The notes beneath the pieces were generated by a model. That model was not told the DNA's origin, did not search any database, and saw only the letters and a list, made by a program, of their open reading frames with translations. 64,000 nucleotides of DNA, from the NCBI GenBank assembly GCA_009692105.1, contig SHZS01000003.1, positions 5,136 to 69,135 of the forward strand. The letters are read 5' to 3'. The translations under genes and the position numbers were made by a program. Positions 19,496 through 29,815 of this stretch are shown here, piece by piece (position 1 is the first letter of the stretch; the number at the start of each line of letters is the position of its first letter). This DNA comes from Gemmatimonadota bacterium. Its GTDB lineage: Bacteria; Gemmatimonadota; Gemmatimonadetes; Longimicrobiales; Gaopeijiaceae.

Positions 19496-20224
19496 ATGCC
19501 TATGCGTTCGGGAACGACCATCGCGGGGGTGCTGCTGGCCGCAGGCCTTGGAGCTTGCTCCAGCGAGCTTCCCCCGCCGCAGACGCGCTCCGTCATCATC
19601 TATTCGGGGCAGCGCATCACGGCCGACCCTGAGCGCATGGGCGAGGTCGACGCGTGGCTTCGTCCGGCCCTCGAAGACATCGATGTCAATCCGAGCTTCC
19701 TGATCCGGATGATCCAGGAGGACACAACCCGGTACCCGTGGGACGCGCTGGAGCTCGTGGCGGACACCGCGGAAGTCAAAATCGCGCGTACGGCACTCGA
19801 TGCCGAGACCCCCTACATGATCTACGCCTACCTGCGGCTCAGGCAGGAGCGCGGCACTCTCGAGGAACTGGTGCCGGAAGCAGTGGATCTGGCGGGGTTC
19901 GCGCTCGAGAAGGCGATCGTCAATCGCGTGGCCGACGTCTGGCTCCTTGGGCGCTCCGCCTTCGACACGCAGCCCTTCGGCCCGGTGGACGAAATCTTGT
20001 ATGCGAGGGAGTTCGGATACCTGGAGGACCTCCTGCTCGCCACCCAGGCGGCCCGGTTCCCGGAGGCGGTCGAGGAGTATCGAGAGCGCAACCCAGGGAA
20101 GGAGGTGGAGTTCCGGGACTGGTTCCTCCGGACCTTCGAGCGAGATGGCCCCGGTTACCTTCGCCCGCCCGGCGAGGTTGAACCAGGCACGAACGCCGAC
20201 GATCCGGCCCCTTCGCCTGCGTGA
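19496..20224 (+). CDS. Hypothetical lipoprotein
   Basis: ATG 19496 gives MPMRSGTTIAGVLLAAGLGACSS, a signal peptide plus lipobox. The track ORF starts earlier, at 19289. Confidence 0.6.
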   Translation: MPMRSGTTIAGVLLAAGLGACSSELPPPQTRSVIIYSGQRITADPERMGEVDAWLRPALEDIDVNPSFLIRMIQEDTTRYPWDALELVADTAEVKIARTALDAETPYMIYAYLRLRQERGTLEELVPEAVDLAGFALEKAIVNRVADVWLLGRSAFDTQPFGPVDEILYAREFGYLEDLLLATQAARFPEAVEEYRERNPGKEVEFRDWFLRTFERDGPGYLRPPGEVEPGTNADDPAPSPA

Positions 20225-20550
20225 CCGTATCGGGTCGAGGGAATCCTCAGCTCCCATCGGAGTCCAACCGGGGGACCAGCGGACGCGGGCTCGACGAGGA
20301 GGTCAGCCCGTCCGGTCGCGCGAATCCGCAAGTCTGAAGGACTTCCTCCAAAGAGCGGAAATCCGAGCACCCGCACCGCGCTCTCCTGCCCATCGGGTGA
20401 CACGGCCTTCAGCACGGCACCCTTGAGGGACCGTACCGTGGGAGGCTCGCCGTCGGCGACCCGGACCCTGAGGATGCGCCCACCGTGTGGGTGGTCCAGG
20501 GCGTCCACCACGAGTAACGTCGTGCCCGTCGCGTCCCTCACTCCGGTCAT
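20155..20550 (-). CDS. Hypothetical protein
   Basis: 131-aa ORF whose 3' end overlaps the convergent lipoprotein gene by 70 nt. No family recognised. Confidence 0.4.
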   Translation of the reverse strand: MTGVRDATGTTLLVVDALDHPHGGRILRVRVADGEPPTVRSLKGAVLKAVSPDGQESAVRVLGFPLFGGSPSDLRIRATGRADLLVEPASAGPPVGLRWELRIPSTRYGHAGEGAGSSAFVPGSTSPGGRR

Positions 20551-20764
20551 CTCCCTCTCCTCTCATCTCGGCGTGCCGACAGGATCCCCGAGTCCCGGGG
20601 CGCGCCGGGTCGCGAGCTGGACGTCGGCGGGGAACCTTAAGTCGCGGCAGAGGAGACGGTCAACGGCGCCTCCCCCGTGCCCACGGGCGGGTTTATGCTC
20701 TGACCCCGGCCGATTCGTTCCCCTCCCCTTGTTCAGCCGGAGGGTAGGGAATAGCGTCGTGGTC

Positions 20765-21247
20765 ATGGAGCTCGACTTTGGTCTGCTCGCGGACGCCGCG
20801 ACGGTGGATGCCTCGGGAAAGCTCAACGTGCTTGGGATCTTCGACCGTATCCAGGCACGGGAGTTCCCGGCCTGCCACGGCCGGATTGCGCTCGTCCTCC
20901 GCTTCTCGGCCAGCTTTGGGGAGGCCGGGAGCCACCAGGTCGAGATCCGACTCAGGGGCCCGAACGGCCATGAGATCCTGAGACTCGACGGACGGATGGA
21001 CCTGGGTCCGGGTGTGCACGCCGCCGCCGAGGGAATCAAGGTCCCGCACGTCCTGAACCTGGACGGGATCACGTTCCCGGAACCGGGAAGCTATTCCTTC
21101 GACATCTACTCGGACGGCGTGAGCGTCATGTCGATCCCGCTGCGGCTCGAATCGGTCGCGGGAATTGGCGCTGGAGAGCCCAGGACCATGCACCCAGCTC
21201 TCCCTTCTGCCTTCGTTCCGGGCCGCGGCGGCTCCGCACAGGCCTGA
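20765..21247 (+). CDS. Hypothetical protein (MELDFGLLADAATVDASGKLNVLGIFDRI... family)
   Basis: I placed the start at ATG 20765 within track ORF 20423..21247. The N-terminal pattern recurs in uncharacterised bacterial proteins, but I cannot name the family with confidence. Confidence 0.55.
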   Translation: MELDFGLLADAATVDASGKLNVLGIFDRIQAREFPACHGRIALVLRFSASFGEAGSHQVEIRLRGPNGHEILRLDGRMDLGPGVHAAAEGIKVPHVLNLDGITFPEPGSYSFDIYSDGVSVMSIPLRLESVAGIGAGEPRTMHPALPSAFVPGRGGSAQA

Positions 21248-21329
21248 GGCCAGCGGCCTTGCAGAAACATTTCTGGCAGGGCAATAGGTACCTTTGGTTA
21301 GGCGGGCTCCCCGAGCACCCGAGGCTCCG

Positions 21330-21752
21330 ATGATCCTCATGTGCAACTTCGAGGAAGTGACGGCGCTCACTCACGGTGCGCATGCGTACCTGAGTGAGCG
21401 GGTCGAGTCGAGTTCGCGCGTGGCTGCCCCGTGCGAGACCCGGGGAGCCGTCGAGTCGCTCCTCTCCCAGCTGTCCGGGGACCTCTCCGTGCACACGCTG
21501 TCCGACCAGCGTCAACTGTGCCTTGCGCTCGAAGCCGTGGTGGAGTTGCTCCGGGAAGAGATGGACACCCGCGTCCTGGCCACTCATGCCGCGTCGGAGG
21601 AGGCTGTTGCCGCCTACTTCGACTTCGCCCACGCCTTCGCTGTCATGGGGCGGGTGAAGGAGATGGGTGAGGAGATGTCCGCCCTCGTGGAGCTCATGAC
21701 TGGAGCGCCGCCGGCTAATTCGATGACTCGGAGCTTCGTCTTCCCGGACTGA
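21330..21752 (+). CDS. Hypothetical protein
   Basis: ATG 21330 (MILMCNFEEV...) within track ORF 21294..21752. The product looks helical and acidic; no family recognised. Confidence 0.5.
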   Translation: MILMCNFEEVTALTHGAHAYLSERVESSSRVAAPCETRGAVESLLSQLSGDLSVHTLSDQRQLCLALEAVVELLREEMDTRVLATHAASEEAVAAYFDFAHAFAVMGRVKEMGEEMSALVELMTGAPPANSMTRSFVFPD

Positions 21753-21944
21753 AGCGTCTCTCATCCGAGGGCTGCCGGACCGATTGAGGTATCTGCCGGG
21801 AGTCCCACCGGCATCGCAACCTAAATCGAAGTTCCTCCGGAACCGCCGGCCCTCCCCTCCTTCTTCACGCCCGCTTTCTTCGCGGTTGGCGTCGGGACAT
21901 CTTCGTGCTGACCCGATTGTCCTTCAGATCCTCGAGGAGTCCGG

Positions 21945-24509
21945 ATGAGCATTACCCAGAAGCGCGAGCGGATCCTTTCCCGCCTGATCGAGGAGGAAAT
22001 GCGCGAGGCGTTCCTCGATTACTCGATGAGCGTGATCGTCCAGCGCGCGCTCCCCGACGTCAGGGATGGACTCAAGCCCGTCCACCGGCGGATCCTCTTC
22101 GCGATGCGGGAGCTGGGGCTCTCGCCCGACCGCCCACACAAGAAGAGCGCCACGGTCGTGGGCGAGGTGCTGGGGAAATACCACCCCCATGGGGACGCCG
22201 CCGTCTACGAGGCGCTCGTCCGCATGGTTCAGGACTTCTCGCTCCGGTATCCGCTGGTGGACGGACAGGGAAACTTCGGGTCCATCGACGGTGACTCCGC
22301 GGCCGCATACCGGTACACGGAAGCGCGCCTCTCACCCGTCTCCCTGGAACTCCTGGCGGACCTCGAGAAGGAGACGGTGGCCTGGTCCCCGAACTTCGAC
22401 GACCGCCTGAAGGAGCCCTCCGTCCTCCCGTCCCGGGTCCCGAACCTGCTCGTGAACGGGTCCTCGGGTATCGCGGTCGGGATGTCCACCAATATCCCGC
22501 CCCACAACCTCCGCGAAGTGTGCGCCGCGCTCCGGCGGCTCATTCGGAAGCCGTCCTGCTCCATCGCGGAACTCATGCGCGACATGCCCGGTCCTGATTT
22601 TCCTACGGGTGGCTTCATCGTGGGAGGCGAGGGGATCCGCGAGATGTACGAGACGGGCCGTGGGCGGATCGTGATGAGAGCTCGCATCGTGAAAGAGGCG
22701 CTCCGAGGAGGGAAGGAGCAGCTGGTCGTCACGGAACTCCCATACGCGCTCTCCAAGGCGCGGGTGATCGAGCAGCTGGTCGAGCTCTCCCGGAAGGGGA
22801 AGATGGACGAAGTAATGGACGTGCGAGACGAATCTGACCGCGATGGGATGCGACTCGTCATCCAGCTGAAGCGCGGTGCCCGCGCGAATGCGACGCTCGA
22901 GATCCTCCATAGGAAAACGAGCCTCCAGACGACGTTCGGGGCGATCCTCCTAGCGCTCGACGGGGGAGTGCCGCGCGAGTTCAACCTGAAGCAACTCCTG
23001 GAGCGCTATCGGGATCACCGCGTCGAGGTCGTAGTTCGACGCTCGCGCCATGACCTCGAGCAGGCGGAGGCCGAGCGGCACGTCCTCGAAGGGCTCCTGC
23101 TCGCACTCGACCACATCGACGAAGTGGTGGGGATCATCCGGAAGTCCCGAGCGCGGCCGCAAGCCTCCGAGAGGCTCCAGAAGCGGTTCGGCCTGTCCGA
23201 TGCGCAGGCGGACGCGATCCTCGACATGCGGCTTGCGAGGCTCACCTCCCTCGAGAGGGAAGGGCTTCAGCGTCGGCAGAAGGAACTCGGGGGAATGATC
23301 GAGGAGCTTCGGGGCATCCTTGCCAGCCCCGAGGCGCAGCTCCGCGTCGTGCTCGCTGAGCTGGACGATGTGAACCGCCGCTTCGGGGACGCTCGCCGCA
23401 CCGCGATCCTCGAGGGCGACGAGGAAGCCCACATCCCGGCTGAGAGCACGGTCGCGGATGAGGACGTCGTGATCACGGTGAGCCACGAGGGATTCGTGAA
23501 GCGCATCCCCGTCCACCTCTATCGCAGAAGGGTCAGCTCGGGAGGTCGGCTCGCCGGGATGGATAACTACGAGAACGATTGGCTCGAACGGGTCTTCACG
23601 GCGCGCACCGGGGGGTGGCTCCTGGCCTGCACCGAAGGAGGGAAGGCCCACTTCCTCTCCGTCCTCGATGTGCCCGAATCCGCTCGTGCATCTAGGGGTC
23701 AGTCCGTCTACGCCCTGGCCGAAGCGGAACGCGAGGATCGCATCGTGGCCTTGGTACCTGTCGAGCAACTGGACGAGGAGGGAAAGGTCCTTCTCTTCGC
23801 CACGAGGAAGGGCACCGTCAAGCGGACGCCCCTCTCCGAGTTCGCGAGCCCCCGGGCGGGCGGGATCATCGCCGCGGGAGTGCGCGAGGGAGACGCGATC
23901 TTGGAGGTCGTGGTCTCGGACGAGCGCGCAGAGGTGCTCCTCTTCTCGAGGGAGGGAAGGGCCATCCGATTCCCAGAGACGGATATTCCCGTAATGGGAA
24001 GAACCGCGCAGGGGGTGAAGGGGATCAGCCTCCGGGACGAAGATGAGGTCGTGGGTGTCATCCTCGTCCGCCGCGATGCGACCGTCCTTTCGTTGAGTGA
24101 CATGGGATGGGGAAAGCGAACCTCTCTCGCTGAGTTCCCGTTGCAGAAGCGAGGCGGGCTGGGCACGATGGCAGTCCCCACCGGAACGGAGACGGGACGG
24201 CTCGTGGCAGCGCTCGAAGTGGTGCCAACCGACGAGATCACGATCGTGACCGCGGCTGGTGTCGTGACGCGAATGTCCGCCTCGAAGATTCCTGAGCAGG
24301 GCCGTCGCACGCGCGGCGTGCGGGTCACGAAGCTCGAGGCCGGGGATCGGGTGGTGGAGGTCGCGAGGAGCGTGGGCGAGGAGGATGGCGCTGGCGTGGG
24401 CGCGGACGAAGAAACCGGCGCCTCCGATGGGCCTCTCGGAGACCAGCTCGGGGACACCGCGGAGGGGGCACCTCAGGGCCAGGCGGAGCTCTTCCGGCCG
24501 GCCGACTAA
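21945..24509 (+). CDS. gyrA: DNA gyrase subunit A
   Basis: 854 aa with [16 protein letters not shown], the catalytic Tyr region [11 protein letters not shown] and a C-terminal beta-pinwheel repeat region. Confidence 0.97.
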   Translation: MSITQKRERILSRLIEEEMREAFLDYSMSVIVQRALPDVRDGLKPVHRRILFAMRELGLSPDRPHKKSATVVGEVLGKYHPHGDAAVYEALVRMVQDFSLRYPLVDGQGNFGSIDGDSAAAYRYTEARLSPVSLELLADLEKETVAWSPNFDDRLKEPSVLPSRVPNLLVNGSSGIAVGMSTNIPPHNLREVCAALRRLIRKPSCSIAELMRDMPGPDFPTGGFIVGGEGIREMYETGRGRIVMRARIVKEALRGGKEQLVVTELPYALSKARVIEQLVELSRKGKMDEVMDVRDESDRDGMRLVIQLKRGARANATLEILHRKTSLQTTFGAILLALDGGVPREFNLKQLLERYRDHRVEVVVRRSRHDLEQAEAERHVLEGLLLALDHIDEVVGIIRKSRARPQASERLQKRFGLSDAQADAILDMRLARLTSLEREGLQRRQKELGGMIEELRGILASPEAQLRVVLAELDDVNRRFGDARRTAILEGDEEAHIPAESTVADEDVVITVSHEGFVKRIPVHLYRRRVSSGGRLAGMDNYENDWLERVFTARTGGWLLACTEGGKAHFLSVLDVPESARASRGQSVYALAEAEREDRIVALVPVEQLDEEGKVLLFATRKGTVKRTPLSEFASPRAGGIIAAGVREGDAILEVVVSDERAEVLLFSREGRAIRFPETDIPVMGRTAQGVKGISLRDEDEVVGVILVRRDATVLSLSDMGWGKRTSLAEFPLQKRGGLGTMAVPTGTETGRLVAALEVVPTDEITIVTAAGVVTRMSASKIPEQGRRTRGVRVTKLEAGDRVVEVARSVGEEDGAGVGADEETGASDGPLGDQLGDTAEGAPQGQAELFRPAD

Positions 24510-24560
24510 GAGCGGGGATTCGCGCGGATCCGAGCCTCGATCCGGGGATCACGACCCCCT

Positions 24561-25265
24561 TCAGACCCCCCTGCGGCTCGGTTCCCAGATGAGCTTGTGG
24601 AGCTGGGTCTGGAACCGGACCGGAAGGCGGTCCTCCAAGATCCATGCGGCAAGGGATTCGAGGTTCGGGCCCCCGTCACCCCAAACAGGGGAAATGAGCA
24701 GGGCACGAAGAGAGCCCTCCTCCACCCGGCGATCGAGCCCCCTCTCGCGGATTACGTCGCGGGACCATTCGTAGTCCCCACGGTCCCTCACGACGAACTT
24801 GACCTCGTCCCGATCGTCCAGGTGAGCGAGGTTCTCCCAGAGGTTGCGCGCAGACTCGCCCGAGCCCGGGCACTTCAGGTCCATGATCACGTGCACCTCG
24901 GGCCGGAGCGCCGAGACGTCCTCGGATCCCGACGTCTCTACGAGCACCGTGAATCCCTCTTGGACCAGCCGGTCTGCAAGCAAGAAGGCGTTCGGGTGCG
25001 TGAGGGGCTCGCCTCCGGTGATCTCCACAACCGGGCAGCCGATCCCCCTCACACGCTCCACGATGTCTTCCAACGCCATCTTCTCCCCACCGTGGAACGC
25101 GTATGCGGTATCGCACCAGACGCATCGGAGCGGACACCCGGTGAGACGCACGAAGGCGCAGGGCACCCCTGCCCAGGTGGACTCCCCCTGGATGGAGTGG
25201 AAGATCTCCGTGATCCGCAGGAAGGGAGTTCGCGCGGACTCCTCGTCCTTCGTGCCGTTCGGCAA
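24561..25265 (-). CDS. queE: 7-carboxy-7-deazaguanine synthase QueE (radical SAM)
   Basis: EIFHSIQGESTWAGVPCAFVRLTGCPLRCVWCDT is a typical QueE N-terminus with the radical-SAM Cys cluster. Confidence 0.88.
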   Translation of the reverse strand: MPNGTKDEESARTPFLRITEIFHSIQGESTWAGVPCAFVRLTGCPLRCVWCDTAYAFHGGEKMALEDIVERVRGIGCPVVEITGGEPLTHPNAFLLADRLVQEGFTVLVETSGSEDVSALRPEVHVIMDLKCPGSGESARNLWENLAHLDDRDEVKFVVRDRGDYEWSRDVIRERGLDRRVEEGSLRALLISPVWGDGGPNLESLAAWILEDRLPVRFQTQLHKLIWEPSRRGV

Positions 25266-25349
25266 GCCACCTCGTCAGGTGCGGGTACCCGTTCACTCTA
25301 AGACAGAATCTATGTTCGGACGGGGTCCCCCCGCCTCGCGAGCTCCGGC

Positions 25350-25724
25350 CTAGCGACCCTCGTCCGGGTTTGCATCCGGGAGATCGTCCCGTCCCCGGCG
25401 GATCGCATCGTCCAACAACTCCTTCACCCTATGGATGGAGAGCTCCCCGAGTTCGTGAAGGACGGCGTCACGGGACCTCCCTCTGCAAAGCACGGGGGTC
25501 TCCACGTGTCCGACAACCCCCAGGCCGTTCGCAGCCCACCGTGGGAAGACCAGGTAGCCCTCGTACGGAGCGGCAAGGTTCGGGGTCATCTCGACCTCGA
25601 GCGACACCGAATACGGCGTACCGTCGGACCCCTTGAATGCGGGCGGGCGCTGGTGCTCACGGAAGTAACCGCCCAACGTGGCTTCGGGCGGACTCAGGTT
25701 CTCGCTTTCGCCCATTCGGAGCAC
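25350..25724 (-). CDS. Hypothetical protein upstream of queE
   Basis: 124-aa ORF co-oriented with queE across an 84-nt gap. TAG stop. No family recognised. Confidence 0.5.
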   Translation of the reverse strand: MLRMGESENLSPPEATLGGYFREHQRPPAFKGSDGTPYSVSLEVEMTPNLAAPYEGYLVFPRWAANGLGVVGHVETPVLCRGRSRDAVLHELGELSIHRVKELLDDAIRRGRDDLPDANPDEGR

Positions 25725-25824
25725 CCCTGGTCGTGGCGGCCTCTTACCCCGCGAGGGCCGATGCCCAAGTTAGCGGCGCCCAAAACAACGACCCCGGGAT
25801 ACCCTCCAGGATCCAGGGACGAGC

Positions 25825-26502
25825 GTGAGCACGGTGCCAAAGCCGAGACGGATCCGGCCAATCGCGCGCCTCGCGATGTGCCTAGTGGGCATCGCAGGCT
25901 GCGGAGACCACACCTCCGGAGGTGTGGGGGAGATCGAGGTCGTCCTCGCCGCTGACTCTTTCAACGTCGCATCGCAGCTGGGCGCCGCTCTCTCCCAGCT
26001 CCCCAGCCGAGACCAGCGGACTGGTCCCGCTACCGTGGACGCTCCTGGGACGATCGAAGGGACTCTGACGGTTTCCCTCCGCGTCTACATCCGGAGGAGC
26101 CCGATGGACTGGGTGGAGCTGACGGACGGGGAGTAGGAGATCACGATTCCTCTCCAGGGCGGAGAGGCGACCGTCGTGGCTCGCACGGATCTTCCAGCCG
26201 GCAGCTACACGGACGCGCGAACCCGCTTCACCCGCGTCGAGGTCAACGTGGTTCGTGGGCTGGTCGTGGACGGACAGCCGATCACCGGCCCTGTCCGAGT
26301 AATCGAGCGGGGGGTCGACGAGCCTCTCGACCTGCCCCACCCCGTCGAGCTGGCCGTCAATGAAGGGTCGCTCACCTCGCTCTTCGTAGAGCTCCGGGCC
26401 GGGACGTGGTTGAGGCGCGTCGACCGCACGACCCGAAGGGTTGCCAGGGCCGAGATCGTGGAGGCCCTGAGTGTCCGCCGGGGAACGGCAACCAGTCGCT
26501 GA
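25825..26502 (+). pseudogene. Lipoprotein, DUF4382-like (tentative), interrupted by in-frame TAG at 26134-26136
   Basis: Track ORFs 25825..26136 and 26176..26502 share one frame. The read-through sequence is ...SPMDWVELTDGE*EITIPLQGGEATVVARTDLPAGSYTDARTRF.... The N-terminus carries a lipobox (LVGIAGC). Confidence 0.65.
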
Positions 26503-26556
26503 CTCCCAAGGCCGCCCTCTTGCGGGGCGGAGACGCTGCGGGCCACCCTAGAGGGC

Positions 26557-26877
26557 ATGGAGATCAAGGAAGCCCAGCGGCGCGTCGACGATTGGATCTC
26601 CCAGTTCGAGGAGGGCTACTGGCCGCCCCTCGTGAACCTGGCCCGCCTCGTGGAAGAGGTTGGCGAACTCTCGCGTGAGCTGAACCATCGCTACGGGTCC
26701 AAGACGAAGAGGTCGGACGAGCCCGCGCGCGACCTATCCCTCGAGATGGCGGATGTCCTCTTCGTCCTCCTGGCTCTAGCGAACGAGCAAGGCGTGGATC
26801 TTGACCAGGCCCTGGAGCAGGTCCTCGAGAAGTATCGACTCCGGGACGGCAATCGCTGGACCAGGAAGGAAGGATGA
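26557..26877 (+). CDS. MazG-like nucleotide pyrophosphohydrolase
   Basis: 106 aa with LVEEVGELSRE and EMADVLFVLLALAN, the EExxE/ExxD helical pattern of small MazG proteins. Confidence 0.8.
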   Translation: MEIKEAQRRVDDWISQFEEGYWPPLVNLARLVEEVGELSRELNHRYGSKTKRSDEPARDLSLEMADVLFVLLALANEQGVDLDQALEQVLEKYRLRDGNRWTRKEG

Positions 26878-28094
26878 GCGAGGTCGTCCTCGACGGACCG
26901 ATGATCGGATGGCTGCTCATTGCTCTCCTTCCGTGGATCGTGGTGGGAGCGGTCGTGACGTTCGGGATCCGCGATCCGCGCCCCCTTCCTCCGGTCGTGC
27001 CCGGACCCTCTCCCAACTACGGCCCCCCCCTCACGGTCGCGGTAATCGTTCCTGCCCGGAACGAAGCCCGGAACATCGAGGCTTGCCTGGCTTCCCTCGC
27101 CTCGCAGGAGTATCCGTCCTTCTCCGTTACGGTGGTGGACGATCGATCCACGGATGACACGGGCGCACGGGCACGCAGCGTCCGCAAGGGACACGCGACG
27201 GCAATCCGGGTGTTAGACGGCGAGGCCTTACCCGACGGGTGGTTCGGAAAGCCCTGGGCCTGTCTTCAGGGAGCCCGGTACGCCTTGGGCGAGATCCTCC
27301 TTTTCACCGACGCTGACACTCGACACGACGATCCAAGGCTTCTCGCCCGCAGCGTCCAGGCACTCCGCGAGGACGAGGCACAGGCCCTCTCCCTCATCGG
27401 ACGCCAGGACTTGAATACGTTCTGGGAGAAGCTCCTCCAGCCGCAGGTCTTTGCGCTCCTCGGCCTTCGCTTCCGGCGGATGGACCGCCCGCTCGAGCGC
27501 AGAAACTCCCGGGACGCAATCGCGAACGGCCAGTACCTGCTCGTCACTAGAAGCGCGTATGAGGCGGTGGGAGGTCACGCGGCCGTGAAAGGCGAGGTCG
27601 TGGAGGACCTGCGCATGGCCCAGCTCCTCACCCGCGCCGATTTCCGGCTCACCCTCCGTGACGCGATGGGGTCCTTCTCGACCCGCATGTACCAGTCCCT
27701 CCGGGAAATCATCGAGGGTTGGACGAAGAACATTGCCGTAGGGGCGCGGCAGTCGGCCGGGTTGTGGAAGGTTCTCGTCCTTCCAGCGATCGTGGGCTTC
27801 CTCGTTCTCCTCTGGATGGTGCCGCCGGCCGTCCTACTCGGGTCGGTCGTGCGCTCCTTGGCCCAGGCTCGCGCTCCGGGGCTCTGGACCGTCTGGTCGG
27901 GGGCAGCCACCCTCGCGAGCGTGGCTCTCTGGGCCCGACTGTACGCCCGCTTCGAGGTGCCGTTTGGGTACGTCCTCCTCTTTCCGTTCGGCTCGGCAAT
28001 GGCCGCGTTCATTGTACTCAGGAGCTGGGTGAGGGGAGAGCGCCGCATCGAATGGAAGGGGCGGAGATACGTCGGTGGGAAACGACTCGACTGA
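26874..28094 (+). CDS. Family 2 glycosyltransferase, membrane-bound
   Basis: 406 aa with VVDDRSTDDT, FTDADTRHD and several C-terminal TM segments. It overlaps the mazG-like stop by 4 nt. Confidence 0.8.
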   Translation: MSEVVLDGPMIGWLLIALLPWIVVGAVVTFGIRDPRPLPPVVPGPSPNYGPPLTVAVIVPARNEARNIEACLASLASQEYPSFSVTVVDDRSTDDTGARARSVRKGHATAIRVLDGEALPDGWFGKPWACLQGARYALGEILLFTDADTRHDDPRLLARSVQALREDEAQALSLIGRQDLNTFWEKLLQPQVFALLGLRFRRMDRPLERRNSRDAIANGQYLLVTRSAYEAVGGHAAVKGEVVEDLRMAQLLTRADFRLTLRDAMGSFSTRMYQSLREIIEGWTKNIAVGARQSAGLWKVLVLPAIVGFLVLLWMVPPAVLLGSVVRSLAQARAPGLWTVWSGAATLASVALWARLYARFEVPFGYVLLFPFGSAMAAFIVLRSWVRGERRIEWKGRRYVGGKRLD

Positions 28095-29289
28095 ACGCGC
28101 GGGTGGGGCGCCCGCCACCATAGCATCAGCTGAGCGCTCGCGAGTCCTGAAGGAGTTGGCCCTGTCCGAAGGATTCCAGCTCTCTGCGATCTGCGCGCCC
28201 CATCCCTCCGAGCACACCCCCTTCCTCGAGCAGTGGTTGGCCGAGGGTCGGCACGGAGAGATGGCCTATCTCGCGCGGGCGGACGCATTGGCCCGCCGGG
28301 CTGATCTGCGACTCACATTCGCCGAGGTGAAGGCCGTGCTCTGCGTGGCTGAGGGCTACCACCTTCCGGATCCGGAAGGGGTTCCTGCTGACCCCTCGCG
28401 TGGAGTGATCGCGAGGTACGCTCGCGGCGAGAACTACCACCGGGTCGTCGAGAAACGCCTCCGCCACGTCCATCGGCGATTCGAGGAAGGGCTCGGGGAG
28501 CCTGTTCCCGCTCGAGCCTACGTGGACACAGGGCCAATTCTGGAGCGCGAGCTGGCTCGACGGGCAGGGCTCGGTTGGTTCGGGCGCAACACCATGCTCA
28601 TCCACCCGAGAGAGGGATCCTACTTTTTCCTGGGGATCCTCCTTCTGGGGATCGAGCTGGAGCCGGACCCCCCGTTTGTGAAGGATCACTGCGGGAGCTG
28701 CCGCGCGTGCTTGGATGCCTGTCCCACCGGAGCATTACTCGGACGGGACGAGAGCGGCGCTCCGGTGATGGACGCCCCACGGTGCATCTCCTATCTGACG
28801 ATCGAGCACCGGGGGGCGATCCCGGGAGAGCTCCGTCCCCTGATCGGGAATCGGATCTTCGGGTGCGACATCTGCCAGGAGGTCTGTCCCTTCAACGGGC
28901 GGTTCGTGCGGGACGCGACCGATCCGGCCTACGCGGCCCGGACACCGGAGGACCTACCGGGAACCAATGGCCCCCCCCTTCTCGCCCTCATGGCAATGGA
29001 CCGTGCAGCCTGGGAGCGGTTCTCCAAGGGGTCGCCCATCCGGCGAGCCGGATACGCTGGGTTCCGCAGGAACGTCGCGGTGGCGCTAGGAAACTGGGGC
29101 GCGCCGGAAGCCGTGCCGGCGCTGTCGAGCGCGATGACCGATCCCGACCCGCTCGTGCGAGGGCACGCGGCCTGGGCGCTTGGGCAGGTCGGATCGCAGG
29201 AGGCACTCGCGACGCTGGAGTCACGCAGGTCAGTAGAGTCCGACCCGTTCTCCCGGTCCGAGATCGAGGCGGCATTGGAAGGGGTCTAG
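28075..29289 (+). CDS. queG: tRNA epoxyqueuosine(34) reductase QueG
   Basis: Two 4Fe-4S motifs (CGSCRACLDACP and CDICQEVCP) plus a HEAT-like tail (DPLVRGHAAWALG). The GTG start is uncertain. TAG stop. Confidence 0.88.
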   Translation: MGNDSTERAGGAPATIASAERSRVLKELALSEGFQLSAICAPHPSEHTPFLEQWLAEGRHGEMAYLARADALARRADLRLTFAEVKAVLCVAEGYHLPDPEGVPADPSRGVIARYARGENYHRVVEKRLRHVHRRFEEGLGEPVPARAYVDTGPILERELARRAGLGWFGRNTMLIHPREGSYFFLGILLLGIELEPDPPFVKDHCGSCRACLDACPTGALLGRDESGAPVMDAPRCISYLTIEHRGAIPGELRPLIGNRIFGCDICQEVCPFNGRFVRDATDPAYAARTPEDLPGTNGPPLLALMAMDRAAWERFSKGSPIRRAGYAGFRRNVAVALGNWGAPEAVPALSSAMTDPDPLVRGHAAWALGQVGSQEALATLESRRSVESDPFSRSEIEAALEGV

Positions 29290-29807
29290 CTGTCCCGGAT
29301 CCGGTAGATCGTGAACGCTCCCTCCCCCACGCGGCCCGAAGGGCACCGGCCCGGCAGCGGCCGGTCCGCTGCATGCTCCACGCCGAGGATCCGCGCGAAG
29401 GGCACCGCTCGCCAGCGCTCCACCAAACGCTCGCTCAGGGTCGAGGTGTAAGGCGGGTCTGCAAGAGCGATGTCGTACGCACCTTCCGTCAGCCTATCCA
29501 CAAACGCCATCGCGTCCTTCACGAACACGCGCGTGACGTCCTTGGTCCGAAAGCGGGCCACGTTGGCTCGGAGGGCATGCAACGCCGGACGGCCGTTCTC
29601 GACGAAGTCCACCGATGCAGCCCCGCGGGAGAGCGCTTCCAGGCCCAGCGCCCCGCTCCCGGCGAAGAGGTCGAGAAGCTGCGCACCCGCGATGTCTTCG
29701 CCCAGAGCGTCAAGCCACGCCGCCCGCAGCTCCTCCGCCGTTGGCCGCACACGGCCCCCCGGGGAAACGAGGTCGGTCCCGGCCCACCGCCCGCCCACAA
29801 TGCGCAT
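29286..29807 (-). CDS. rsmD: 16S rRNA (guanine966-N2)-methyltransferase RsmD
   Basis: 173 aa with the SAM motif LDLFAGSGALGLEALSRGA and DPPY (ADPPYTS). Confidence 0.88.
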   Translation of the reverse strand: MRIVGGRWAGTDLVSPGGRVRPTAEELRAAWLDALGEDIAGAQLLDLFAGSGALGLEALSRGAASVDFVENGRPALHALRANVARFRTKDVTRVFVKDAMAFVDRLTEGAYDIALADPPYTSTLSERLVERWRAVPFARILGVEHAADRPLPGRCPSGRVGEGAFTIYRIRDS

Positions 29808-29815
29808 GGCCAGCT

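Noticed and set aside
25266-25349. preQ1 riboswitch upstream of queE.
   Set aside because: The 84-nt gap lacks the compact preQ1-I hairpin with its A-rich tail, and queE appears co-transcribed with the upstream hypothetical gene.
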